A DNA stretch of 64,000 nucleotides from Patescibacteria group bacterium. GTDB taxonomy: Bacteria; Patescibacteriota; UBA1384; XYA2-FULL-43-10; 1-14-0-10-43-13. Shown here piece by piece: positions 28,464 through 37,616 of this stretch. Location: the NCBI GenBank assembly GCA_041674765.1, contig JBAYVE010000001.1, positions 198,177 through 262,176 on the forward strand, in the 5' to 3' direction. The notes under the pieces are model-generated. The model worked only from the letters and a program-made list of their open reading frames with translations, was not told the origin of the DNA and did not search any database. Numbering within the stretch: position 1 is the stretch's first letter; each line of letters starts with the position of its first letter. The translations under genes were made by a program, and so were the position numbers.

Positions 28464-28586
28464 TACTGGTTTGAGTCCACTCTGGCCTATACAAAAATAA
28501 CTAGTTTAAGACTAGTTATTTTTATGGCTCTACACAGCCGCGCCCTTCCATAGCTTTAGCGAAGGAGGGTGGCAGAAGTTCGAGCT
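28464..28586. repeat. tRNA-derived att-like palindrome with nested REP
   Basis: tactggtttgagtccact..aaaaataactagt..actagttatttttatggctctacacag[REP]gaagttcgagct. Confidence 0.85.
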
Positions 28587-28647
28587 AGCTTTGTATTAAA
28601 CCTACAATTGGCTTGAACTATAAATGATTCGAATATAAGATAATTGT

Positions 28648-29460
28648 ATGGAAAAATTTCATCAACCAGAATTTGAAACTCAACCAAAGCAAAGAACTCA
28701 TGACTTACTAAATTTATCATCTGGTGAGGAGATTGAATTCAACGAAAGAGTTGCTATGTTTAATGGGCAAGTGCGAGTTTTTGTGCATCCTTTTTATTGG
28801 TTGTCAAGAGAACCAGTAGATGAGGATACTAAGAATTCTGAGATTGAAGCATTAGAGGTAATCAAGTTTTTATTTAAACTCTTTGAGACTGATAAGGATA
28901 AGTTCCCTCCAACAATCGTGATGGATGAATATGCTGCTGCAGATGAAGTCAAGGATATCTATGATAGAAAAGTCCCGGATGATCGTTCTATTTACACTGT
29001 AGAAACCCTAGTAAATGAATCAATGCCAGCAGTTACAAGGCCAGAAGGTTTTGATGAAGATGAAATTGAGGCATTTATTCAGAAACATTTTCACGAATAT
29101 TGGCAAAAAATGATCGATGTATTGAAAAAAGCTGGCGTCAAAAAAATTATCATTTCCGGGATGGATTTGGAGTTGACTAAAATAGGAGAAGAAACCCCAG
29201 AATATGTAATTGAAACAATGCTTCCATATCTAAGACAGAGATACCAGAAAGGTGTTAAGAACTTTGATTATTATGCGAAATATTGTGTTGGAACAGCAGT
29301 ATGGAAATTGGCTAGTGATTTTGAAATTGAAATATCAAGATTTGCAGTACCACACGGCAGAAAAGAGTTACTCGATTATGAAAAAGGCCGCAGTGACTTG
29401 CCTGAAGAAACGGAAGAAATTAAACCCATTGAAAACAGCATTGATCGAAATCCTGAATAA
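28648..29460 (+). CDS. acidic hypothetical protein
   Basis: 270 aa, AT-rich, VFVHPF motif. Confidence 0.7.
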   Translation: MEKFHQPEFETQPKQRTHDLLNLSSGEEIEFNERVAMFNGQVRVFVHPFYWLSREPVDEDTKNSEIEALEVIKFLFKLFETDKDKFPPTIVMDEYAAADEVKDIYDRKVPDDRSIYTVETLVNESMPAVTRPEGFDEDEIEAFIQKHFHEYWQKMIDVLKKAGVKKIIISGMDLELTKIGEETPEYVIETMLPYLRQRYQKGVKNFDYYAKYCVGTAVWKLASDFEIEISRFAVPHGRKELLDYEKGRSDLPEETEEIKPIENSIDRNPE

Positions 29461-29516
29461 TTTAAAATAGAGCTTCATAATAAGATTAACTAGTCTAAGA
29501 CTAGTTAATCTTATTA

Positions 29517-29615
29517 TGGCTCCCCGAACTGTCCGCCGGCTGGCGGATTCGTTAACAGCGAATTGCTCTGCCTCCTCCGTCCGCCAGCTGGTCGGAGGCG
29601 GAGAGCTATCGGGGA
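29517..29615 (-). pseudogene. tRNA-Asn-like copy interrupted by CCGCCAGCTGGCGG palindromes
   Basis: Acceptor ends and GTT anticodon intact; inserts in the D-loop and replacing part of the variable/T region. Confidence 0.7.
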
Positions 29616-29633
29616 ATAAAAAAATAGTGATTA

Positions 29634-29708
29634 TGGCTCCCCGAACTGGACTCGAACCAGTAACCTTCGCGTTAACAGCGCGCTGCTCTGCCATTGAGCT
29701 ATCGGGGA
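29634..29708 (-). tRNA. trnN: tRNA-Asn (GTT)
   Basis: tccccgatagctcaatggcagagcagcgcgctGTTaacgcgaaggttactggttcgagtccagttcggggagCCA folds as a cloverleaf. Confidence 0.95.
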
Positions 29709-29710
29709 GC

Positions 29711-29968
29711 TTAACCACTATTTTTTATCATGGACTTAATGAATTCTCTGCCTCGGAAACTTTTTAATTGTTTCTCTCTAATTAAAGCTTCCTTTCGAGC
29801 GGCAACCTCTTCTTTGTAAATCAACTGCCATTCGCCATCAAACCTAGCCGTATAACAATTTGGAAATCTATGATCATTGTGAGCAGCCATTCGTTCCTCT
29901 AAATCTTCAGTCTGGCCGATATAAAACTTTTCGTAAGATTTGTTATAAATTGCATAAATGATTACCAT
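29711..29968 (-). CDS. GIY-YIG nuclease
   Basis: IYAIYN..FYIGQTEDLEERMAAHN..REKQLKSFRGREFIK. Confidence 0.9.
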   Translation of the reverse strand: MVIIYAIYNKSYEKFYIGQTEDLEERMAAHNDHRFPNCYTARFDGEWQLIYKEEVAARKEALIREKQLKSFRGREFIKSMIKNSG

Positions 29969-29984
29969 AATGCAATTATAATCC

Positions 29985-30025
29985 AATTGCTCTGCCTCCG
30001 CCAGCTGGCGGAGAGCTATCGGGGA
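29985..30025 (-). repeat. 5' fragment of tRNA-Asn with palindromic insert
   Basis: tccccgatagctct[ccgccagctggcgg]aggcagagcaatt. Confidence 0.75.
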
Positions 30026-30096
30026 ATATCGATAACAAGCACAATCTTAGCAAAAAAAGGTTAATCTGTAAATAATAATTATAGTAAAAATTTTTG

Positions 30097-30125
30097 TTGA
30101 CAAAAATAGCAATTAAGCATATAAA
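30097..30125 (+). promoter_or_regulatory. sigma70 promoter
   Basis: TTGACA-17-TATAAA. Confidence 0.7.
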
Positions 30126-30171
30126 TTAGACAATAATTTGGCGCTATTTTGGGCAAAGGAGGTAGACGTCA

Positions 30172-30522
30172 TTGCAGAATCCAGAGTATAGGATCATCTA
30201 CGTGTTCCTTATCCTGACATTGTTGACAAGGAAGGAACTGCATATCCACGTTGCCGCCAACAACGCTCTAACCGGCGGCGACTACAACTGGCCCCATCTT
30301 ATGGAAATCGGGGCCAGGAGACTGGGACGAGAGTTGGGCCAAACCATCGCTCCGGTAAGAGAGAATTTTCAATTGTTGCCGACCGGACAATACGTTTCTG
30401 CTTCTCGAACTAAAAAACCGACGAAGAAGAAGCCACCACCGTCCGAACCGCCGCAAAAAAGGCGCCCGAGGAAAAGGTCCGCTAACGTACAAGAGTCCCT
30501 CACCCTCAGTTTGGGACTGTAA
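30172..30522 (+). CDS. hypothetical protein with basic Pro-rich tail
   Basis: RBS aggaggt, promoter, terminator 30530-30558. Confidence 0.6.
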   Translation: MQNPEYRIIYVFLILTLLTRKELHIHVAANNALTGGDYNWPHLMEIGARRLGRELGQTIAPVRENFQLLPTGQYVSASRTKKPTKKKPPPSEPPQKRRPRKRSANVQESLTLSLGL

Positions 30523-30657
30523 TCTCTCCCCCCGAGGTTAATGGTAAAAACCTCGGGGACAAATCAGAACAATTAATATTTAATTGCTCTGATTTTGTCT
30601 TTAAGGGTGAAAATAATTATGTTTGCTACATATTGTTTATAGGTATATTATTCATTT

Positions 30658-31878
30658 ATGAACAACTTTGGGGTCTCAAAAAGGGGAGAGCTTGCGCCGG
30701 CTTCGCCTATTCGGAAACTGGCGGCTTTTGCGGATCAGGCGGAGAAGGACGGCGTCCATATTTACCATCTCAATATAGGACAACCGGATTTGGTTGTGCC
30801 AAAGTCTGTAGAGCATAGGATTAAAAACTGCTCCATCTCTTATATTCCGTATGAGAATTCTCACGGTATGGCCTGTTTTATTGATAGTTGGCGACGATAT
30901 TATGAGGAAATGAATGTTTCTCTAATGCCAAGGAACATTCTCGTCACCTCCGGAGGTAGCGAAGCGATAAGCTTCGCTCTGGCGGCCGTATGTGATCACG
31001 GAGATGAAGTAGTTTGCTTTGAGCCGCTCTATGCCAATTATTTAGGATTTGCCAATTTCTTGGGTATAGACTTAAAACCTATCTGTCTAGATGAGAATTA
31101 TCATCTGCCTAAGATGGAGATAATTGAACACAGCATCGGTAATCAAACCCGGGCGATTTTGTTAAACAACCCAAATAATCCGACGGGTACTGTCTTTTCG
31201 GAGCCGGAAATTAAAATGATACTAAAGTTGGCAAAGAAAAAGAGTCTTTATGTAATCTGCGACGAAGCTTATCTTGGGATTACTTTTGATGGCAAATCCA
31301 GTAAAAGCATTTTACAAATTGCTGACGAAAGTGAACTCGAGCGAATTATCGTAGTAGACAGCGTCTCGAAACGTCTAAATGCTTGTGGCCTCCGTGTCGG
31401 CATTCTCGTTACAAAAAATCTCAAATTAATGGATACCGTTGATAGATTTGCCCAAGCCCGTTTATCGGCCGGCATGCTAGATCAGTGGATACTGGCCGAT
31501 GCCCCGCGAGAAATTTCTAAATATTCTAAAAAGTTAGCCTCTGAATATCAAAAGAGACGTGACGCTTTTATCGACACCTTTGAGGCGGAATCGGGGATTA
31601 CGGTACATCGTCCGGAAGGTGCCTTCTATGCTTTTTTCAAAATTCCAGTAGAAGATACTGATCATTTTGCCAAATGGCTCTTGACGGACTTCAGAATTGA
31701 CAGTAAAACAGTAATGGTTGCTCCTGGCGCCGGGTTCTATGCTTCAGCAGAAAAGGGCAAGGATGAAATACGGGTAGCTTATGTCCTTAAGAAATCGGAA
31801 ATGAAAAAAGCCGCCAAAATTCTAGCGGCAGCGTTAAAAACTTATAATAGTTTATTTCCAGGAAGAGTAGGCCGATAA
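30658..31878 (+). CDS. PLP-dependent aminotransferase class I/II
   Basis: LNIGQPD, NNPNNPTG, DEAY, DSVSKR..GLRVG. Confidence 0.93.
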   Translation: MNNFGVSKRGELAPASPIRKLAAFADQAEKDGVHIYHLNIGQPDLVVPKSVEHRIKNCSISYIPYENSHGMACFIDSWRRYYEEMNVSLMPRNILVTSGGSEAISFALAAVCDHGDEVVCFEPLYANYLGFANFLGIDLKPICLDENYHLPKMEIIEHSIGNQTRAILLNNPNNPTGTVFSEPEIKMILKLAKKKSLYVICDEAYLGITFDGKSSKSILQIADESELERIIVVDSVSKRLNACGLRVGILVTKNLKLMDTVDRFAQARLSAGMLDQWILADAPREISKYSKKLASEYQKRRDAFIDTFEAESGITVHRPEGAFYAFFKIPVEDTDHFAKWLLTDFRIDSKTVMVAPGAGFYASAEKGKDEIRVAYVLKKSEMKKAAKILAAALKTYNSLFPGRVGR

Positions 31879-31953
31879 TTCGGCGAAGATGAAGAGATCC
31901 ATCGACTTGATAACTCTCGGAACGAGTAGACGTCTCTTTCTAATAACGTCCAT
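31852..31953 (-). CDS. possible 33-aa small protein
   Basis: RBS aggaaaggaga and TTGACT..TAAAAT promoter; MDVIRKRRLLVPRVIKSMDLFIFAELSAYSSWK. Confidence 0.3.
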   Translation of the reverse strand: MDVIRKRRLLVPRVIKSMDLFIFAELSAYSSWK

Positions 31954-32163
31954 TTTTCTCCTTTCCTTAATTACTCTTGGGCTCTCTATTTTAGTCCTCG
32001 CTTTAATTTAGTCAAGCAAGAGACCGTCTGCAGATTTTAAATGCGACACGGTAAAGACTTAAGAATTTTATCCTTTTTGTATAAACAGCCAAAAATATGG
32101 CTGTTATTTTTGTATTACTAATTATCTTTCTCCAATGCGCTTGTAAGCCCTATAAGCAATAAT

Positions 32164-33579
32164 TTGACTATTCCAGATGCTTTTAAAAAAGAAGGCTATT
32201 TTATGTCTATGAGTGCTGCTGAGACTTTATCAAAAGGACAAAAGAGATTGCTGATCATCTTCGGTTTATTGTTGGCGGTTTCTTTGGTTCTTTATTTCCA
32301 ATCGACTGTTATTACAATCCTGGCCTTTCTCACGGCTTTTTATCTTATCCATGTAATATTCTCATTTTACATGCTGATTAGATCAATGTTTTATGGTCAG
32401 GAGATTATTATTACAAAAGAGGAAATAGATAATTTCAAGAATTGGCCAAAGTATACTATACTCTGCCCCTTGTATAAGGAGGCCAATATGCTTCCAGATT
32501 ATGTTCTCAATATGAGTGCGATCGATTATCCGAAGGAAAGACTGGAATGCCTTCTTCTTTTAGAAGAGGATGATAGGGATACGATCAAAGCCGCAAGAGA
32601 ATTTGGACTTCCGGACTACTTCAAGATTGTCGTCGTGCCTGATAGCTATCCCAAGACAAAACCGAAGGCGTGCAACTTTGGATTGGCACAAGCCACCGGT
32701 GATTTTGTCGTTATTTACGATGCCGAGGATTTGCCGGAAACGGATCAATTGAAGAAGGCTATTCTTGCGTTCCGAAAAGCCAACCGGGATGTAGCCTGTA
32801 TCCAAGCAAAATTAAATTATTATAACCCGAACCATAATTTTCTGACCAGAATGTTTACTAGCGAATATACACTTTGGTTTGACCTGATTCTCCCTGGGTT
32901 TCAATCGATTAATGCTCCGATTCCTCTCGGAGGTACTTCCAACCATTTTCCGACCAAGATTTTGAGGTTGCTAAACGGTTGGGACCCCTACAATGTTACC
33001 GAGGATTGCGATCTCGGTTTGAGATTGAAAGAAGCCGGCTTCAAGACGGAGATTTTGGATTCTACTACTTGGGAGGAGGCAAACTGTAACCTCAAAAACT
33101 GGATTCGCCAGCGGTCCCGTTGGATTAAAGGATATTTTCAAACTTTTTTGGTTCACGGACGGACTCCTATCTATACCATCAGAAAAATAGGTTTTTTAAA
33201 TACTATGCTATTTGGATTATTTACTGGATTTCTGCCCTTTGCTTCTATGATTAATCCATTTCTTTGGCTAACCACAATCAGTTATTTTGCGCTGCGTCCC
33301 ATTATCGGAGAGACGATAGAACAATTCTTTCCAGGTTATATTCTCTACCCGTCGGCATTCTGTTTGATTGTTGGCAACTTTTTGTACATCTATAACTATT
33401 TGGTGGGATCGTCCAAGAGGGGATATGACGGCTTGGTGAAATATGGTCTTCTGATGCCGGTTTATTGGCTTTTAATTAGCTTTGCAGGTTGGTATGGGCT
33501 GATTCAACTCACTTTTAAACCTCATTTTTGGGAGAAAACGAAACATGGGCTTAGTAAAATCAAGGAAACAAATGCGTAA
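32164..33579 (+). CDS. processive GT2 glycosyltransferase (cellulose-synthase-like)
   Basis: TKPKACN, YDAED, NVTED, QRSRW, WEKTKHG; flanking TMs; start may be ATG 32203. Confidence 0.92.
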   Translation: MTIPDAFKKEGYFMSMSAAETLSKGQKRLLIIFGLLLAVSLVLYFQSTVITILAFLTAFYLIHVIFSFYMLIRSMFYGQEIIITKEEIDNFKNWPKYTILCPLYKEANMLPDYVLNMSAIDYPKERLECLLLLEEDDRDTIKAAREFGLPDYFKIVVVPDSYPKTKPKACNFGLAQATGDFVVIYDAEDLPETDQLKKAILAFRKANRDVACIQAKLNYYNPNHNFLTRMFTSEYTLWFDLILPGFQSINAPIPLGGTSNHFPTKILRLLNGWDPYNVTEDCDLGLRLKEAGFKTEILDSTTWEEANCNLKNWIRQRSRWIKGYFQTFLVHGRTPIYTIRKIGFLNTMLFGLFTGFLPFASMINPFLWLTTISYFALRPIIGETIEQFFPGYILYPSAFCLIVGNFLYIYNYLVGSSKRGYDGLVKYGLLMPVYWLLISFAGWYGLIQLTFKPHFWEKTKHGLSKIKETNA

Positions 33580-35122
33580 CTTTAAATATATTTTTGCTTT
33601 AGTATTCATCATCAGTTTATTTCTGATTGCCACCTCGCGAGCTAGTCTCGGGAGTCCTTCTAAGGAAGATATCCAAAGTAATCTCAAAGAAGCCGGACAA
33701 TCATTTGAAAGCTCTCAGGAACGGGCTCGTTACTCTTTAGCGGAAGCGATAGTAAGAGACAAAACACTAGTGCTGGATAACTATGCGGATCAAGCCCTGC
33801 CCGATATCGCGTATAAGGACAACCACTATTACAGTGTATTCCCGCCAGGGTTTTCCTTTCTTATTGCTCCTGCCCTGTATCTAGGCGATAAAATAGGCCA
33901 GCCAGTTATCGCAGTTTTTGCGATTCCGCTCCTAGCAAGTATTTTGAGTGCAATTTTTATCTATCTGATAGCAGTAAATCATCTACAGATCTCAAAATTA
34001 TCCGGCCTGATCTCGGCTGTAGTATTTTCTCTGACGACTATTTCTTGGAGCTATTCGGTCACACTCTATGCGCACACAACTTCGGCGCTGTGTTTAATTG
34101 CAGGCATATATTTTGCCCTCAATTCAGTGAAGGGATCGGCAATCAATCATTTTTTGGTTTGGTTACTTTATGGGATTGCCATTTTGATTGATTATCCGAA
34201 TGCTCTAATCATGCTGCCGGTAGTCGGATTCATGTTTGTCACGAGTTTTGCGAGAGATAATAAATTTATCGAGCGCAAAGAGAGAATGTTCCTTCAATTC
34301 CGATTTGCTTCTACTTATACCATCCTGCCCTTTCTCCTTTTAGCATTAGCGCTTGCGTTTTATAACATCAAAACCTTTGGCGAATGGACAGCATTAGCTC
34401 ATAATTTTAGAGTAACTAATTTAATCGAGAATGGAGAGGTAACATACCAATTTCTAATTAGTCGCGCTCTTGATTTCAAGTATTTACAAAATGGTTTGTT
34501 TACCCTGCTTTTGAGTAAAAGTAGGGGAATAATTTATTATTGCCCTATCCTGTTGTTTTCGATTTATGGATATATAAAGGTAAATGAAAAATGGCCCAAG
34601 GTTGCGAGCTTATTCGTTCTGATATTTTTCATTAATCTAGTGATTTATGGCAGTTTCTATGACCCTTGGGGAGGTTGGGCATACGGCCCCAGATATTTGA
34701 TCGTTGCTATGCCGGTTTTGGCACTTCTAACCGGTGTCGCTTACGAATATATCAAAATTAGGAGTTCCTGGGTCTTTGGATTTGCCCTCTTGTTCTTCGC
34801 AAGCTTTGGCATCGCGCTTTTAGGGGCTTTGACTACAAATTTATTGCCCCCAGCCGCTGAGATAGGCCAGCAAATTGGTGCATTGGGTGCTCTGCCGATG
34901 CTTCACTCCGGGATAAGTGGTTCTCTTGTATTTAATCTAATTAGAAACACCATCAATATTTCATCACCCGAATTCTATCTTTTTTTAACAGCCCTTTTTG
35001 CTCTGTTTTTTATTCCGATTTTTCTTGGTCAAATCACTTTTAACTTTGTATTGGCTTTGAGGAGAAGGCATTCTAAGCAGAGCGAATATATTCTTAGCGA
35101 GAAGGAGGCTTTATGTTCTTGA
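33572..35122 (+). CDS. multi-TM GT-C-like glycosyltransferase
   Basis: YYSVFPPG, WGGWAYGPRYL, more than 10 TMs. Confidence 0.75.
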   Translation: MRNFKYIFALVFIISLFLIATSRASLGSPSKEDIQSNLKEAGQSFESSQERARYSLAEAIVRDKTLVLDNYADQALPDIAYKDNHYYSVFPPGFSFLIAPALYLGDKIGQPVIAVFAIPLLASILSAIFIYLIAVNHLQISKLSGLISAVVFSLTTISWSYSVTLYAHTTSALCLIAGIYFALNSVKGSAINHFLVWLLYGIAILIDYPNALIMLPVVGFMFVTSFARDNKFIERKERMFLQFRFASTYTILPFLLLALALAFYNIKTFGEWTALAHNFRVTNLIENGEVTYQFLISRALDFKYLQNGLFTLLLSKSRGIIYYCPILLFSIYGYIKVNEKWPKVASLFVLIFFINLVIYGSFYDPWGGWAYGPRYLIVAMPVLALLTGVAYEYIKIRSSWVFGFALLFFASFGIALLGALTTNLLPPAAEIGQQIGALGALPMLHSGISGSLVFNLIRNTINISSPEFYLFLTALFALFFIPIFLGQITFNFVLALRRRHSKQSEYILSEKEALCS

Positions 35123-36723
35123 AATACCGCGATGCCATCGTCGTTGAGTTGCCATCAGGTTTGATAGCAGGACTCCGGGAAGGTGCAAATAGTCTTAAGA
35201 GGACTGCGGATGTCATTGTTTTGGCGATGGCGAGTGCCATTAGCTTTATCGGCTGGAAATTTTATTTTGACCAAAATCTGGTTTTGGCCTACAACGACTC
35301 GATGAGTCATTTGGATATCGCACGCCGGGTGGTTGACGGTTTAAATCCAGGTATCGCTCAGATAGGAAGTGTTTGGTTGCCTTTGCCCCACCTGCTTTCC
35401 TTGCCTTTTGTTTGGAGTGATTTTTTGTGGCACTCAGGTTTAGCCGGTACTTTGATATCCTGTCTCGCTTTCATCGGCACAGCGTACTTTCTTTATCGGC
35501 TTGTGTTGCTGCTGACCAGGGATACTATCTCTGGGATCCTTGCATCGTTGGTGTACATTCTTAATCCTAACATAATTTATCTTCAAGCTACACCGATGAC
35601 CGAATCGCTGCTTCTGTTCTTCTTTGTTATTTCAACTTATTATCTACTCCTTTGGCAGAAAAAAGACAGTTATAAATATCTGGCCTTGGCGGGATTTTAT
35701 ACTCTTGCTGCAACTTTGACCCGCTATGATGGATGGATGCTCCTAGCGCAAATGCTGATTGTGGTGGCGATAATCTCATATCGTTTTGGAAAATGGAAAA
35801 AAGTAGAGGGCAATCTGTTTTTGTTTGGAACGATTGCAGTATATGGTATTTTGCTCTGGTTTTTGTGGAATTTATTGATATTTCAAGATCCATTATATTT
35901 TTTAAATGGTCCATTTTCAGCCAAGGCTCAGCAGCTTGTTTTTGAGGCTGAAGGACGTTTGCCAACCAAGCACGATCTTCTATACTCCTCTTATATTTAT
36001 ATCCTGGCCGTTCTTCGAAACAATGGTGCGCTTCTCTCATTACTGGGCGGGGTAGGTCTGATTGGTTTTCTGTTTAGAAAAAAATTGAGCTCGGAAACCC
36101 TCGTTATTTCTCTGCTGCTGTCTCCACTGATTTTCAATATCGCGGCATTATTTACCGGTAATTCTATTATCAATCTGCTTGAACTACCACCTTATACATT
36201 ATTCAATGTGCGCTACGGCATAATGATGCTACCTTTTGTCGCGGTGATGGTTGCATATTTAGCTAGGAGGCAGCGGTTAATTCAATTGCTGTTTCTCATA
36301 GTATTGCTGCTCCAGACGGCTAGTATTTATAGAAATGACGATGTTATTACCGTGAAAGATGGAATTTCTGGAGCTTCGGCCCAAGGAATGACCGAAACCG
36401 GACGATGGCTCGGTGAAAATGCAAAAAGCGGGTTAATCCTAATCGCTGCCTCCAGTCAGGATTCGCTGATTTTTCAGAGTGGTCTTCCGATGACACGGTT
36501 CATTTATGAAGGTGATGGGGAATACTGGAAGGAGTCTTTGGCGGATCCCACTTCTCATGCTTCCTATATTGCGATGCACCACGGAGATCTTATTTACAGA
36601 GAGATTTTTGACAAGTCTTCATTTCTTTTGAATTACAAAAAAATATATGACGGAGAATTCACAGATATTTTCGAATATTCTCCTGATGCAGAGATCCCAT
36701 TAACGGCTAAGGATCTACCATAG
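35113..36723 (+). CDS. GT39/ArnT-like membrane glycosyltransferase
   Basis: DSMSHLDIARR, VWLPLPH, TPMTES, TRYDGW. Confidence 0.85.
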   Translation: MFLKYRDAIVVELPSGLIAGLREGANSLKRTADVIVLAMASAISFIGWKFYFDQNLVLAYNDSMSHLDIARRVVDGLNPGIAQIGSVWLPLPHLLSLPFVWSDFLWHSGLAGTLISCLAFIGTAYFLYRLVLLLTRDTISGILASLVYILNPNIIYLQATPMTESLLLFFFVISTYYLLLWQKKDSYKYLALAGFYTLAATLTRYDGWMLLAQMLIVVAIISYRFGKWKKVEGNLFLFGTIAVYGILLWFLWNLLIFQDPLYFLNGPFSAKAQQLVFEAEGRLPTKHDLLYSSYIYILAVLRNNGALLSLLGGVGLIGFLFRKKLSSETLVISLLLSPLIFNIAALFTGNSIINLLELPPYTLFNVRYGIMMLPFVAVMVAYLARRQRLIQLLFLIVLLLQTASIYRNDDVITVKDGISGASAQGMTETGRWLGENAKSGLILIAASSQDSLIFQSGLPMTRFIYEGDGEYWKESLADPTSHASYIAMHHGDLIYREIFDKSSFLLNYKKIYDGEFTDIFEYSPDAEIPLTAKDLP

Positions 36724-36845
36724 CAAATGGAAATTAACAATTAAGAATTTCTGATTTCTAATCAAATCCCAATTAATTAATTTTAAATTTTCTAAATTGG
36801 GGATTGATTAAGCCATTCGAAAATTAGTAATTTAGGAATTTTATT

Positions 36846-37616
36846 ATGGAGTTATCAATTATTATCCCAGTCTACAACGAAGAGAAAAGAATAGGTAAAA
36901 CTCTCTCTGAACTTCAGGAATATTTATCTAAATGCAAACTTGAATATGAGGTAATCGTCGTTGACGATGGATCAACAGATCAGACTTCTTTTATGCTTTA
37001 CAGATATAAATCCTTCATTAAAATACTTCCTGTTTGGCCCAACCGTGGCAAAGGTCATGCGATCCGTTTGGGAATGCTGATGGCCTCGGGCCAAAAGATC
37101 CTGTTTATGGATGCTGATCTGGCCACCCCACTCTATGAAGTGAAAAAAATTCTTCAGATCTCTGGAGATTACGACCTTGTCATCGGCTCCCGATCAGACC
37201 AAAAAATAGCGAAGAGAGAGCGATTCCGCAGCTTGTGTGCGAAAATATTTAATTCTGTAACCAAGGTGATCTTTCCCCTGCAAATTAAAGATACTCAGTG
37301 TGGATTTAAGCTGTTCACAAATGCAGCGGCTAAGGAGATATTTTCACGCGCCAGGATAAACCGCTGGGCCTTTGATATCGAGGTATTATTCCTTGCTAAA
37401 AAACTGGGCTTTTCTATCGGCGAACAGTCTGTTGCCTGGGAGGAAAAAGCTGGCAGCAAAGTTAGAATGTTCAGAGACGCGTCCAGAATGATCGTTGATC
37501 TCGTGAGAATTCGTATATACAATCTGTTTGATTTTTATCATTTGAAAGCCGAAGAAAGGAGCGAAGATGATTCGTTCGCAATCAGCCAAAAACCTCAGGA
37601 AATCAAAGAGCTTTAG
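36846..37616 (+). CDS. dolichyl/polyprenyl-phosphate glycosyltransferase (GT2, DPG-synthase-like)
   Basis: IIIPVYNE, VDDGSTD, NRGKG, MDADL, DTQCGFK. Confidence 0.93.
   Translation: MELSIIIPVYNEEKRIGKTLSELQEYLSKCKLEYEVIVVDDGSTDQTSFMLYRYKSFIKILPVWPNRGKGHAIRLGMLMASGQKILFMDADLATPLYEVKKILQISGDYDLVIGSRSDQKIAKRERFRSLCAKIFNSVTKVIFPLQIKDTQCGFKLFTNAAAKEIFSRARINRWAFDIEVLFLAKKLGFSIGEQSVAWEEKAGSKVRMFRDASRMIVDLVRIRIYNLFDFYHLKAEERSEDDSFAISQKPQEIKEL

Noticed and set aside
25242-29530. CRISPR array interpretation of the recurring hairpin repeats
   Set aside because: Spacers are gene-sized and irregular, the repeats are tRNA-derived, and no cas genes are present.
21058-29708. Classical integron or prophage
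   Set aside because: No intI/integrase or phage genes; sites lack the RYYYAAC..GTTRRRY attC consensus; cassettes have mixed orientation.
29368-29767. ORFs 29368..29718 (-) and 29516..29767 (+)
   Set aside because: Translations of tRNA-Asn and its degenerate copy.
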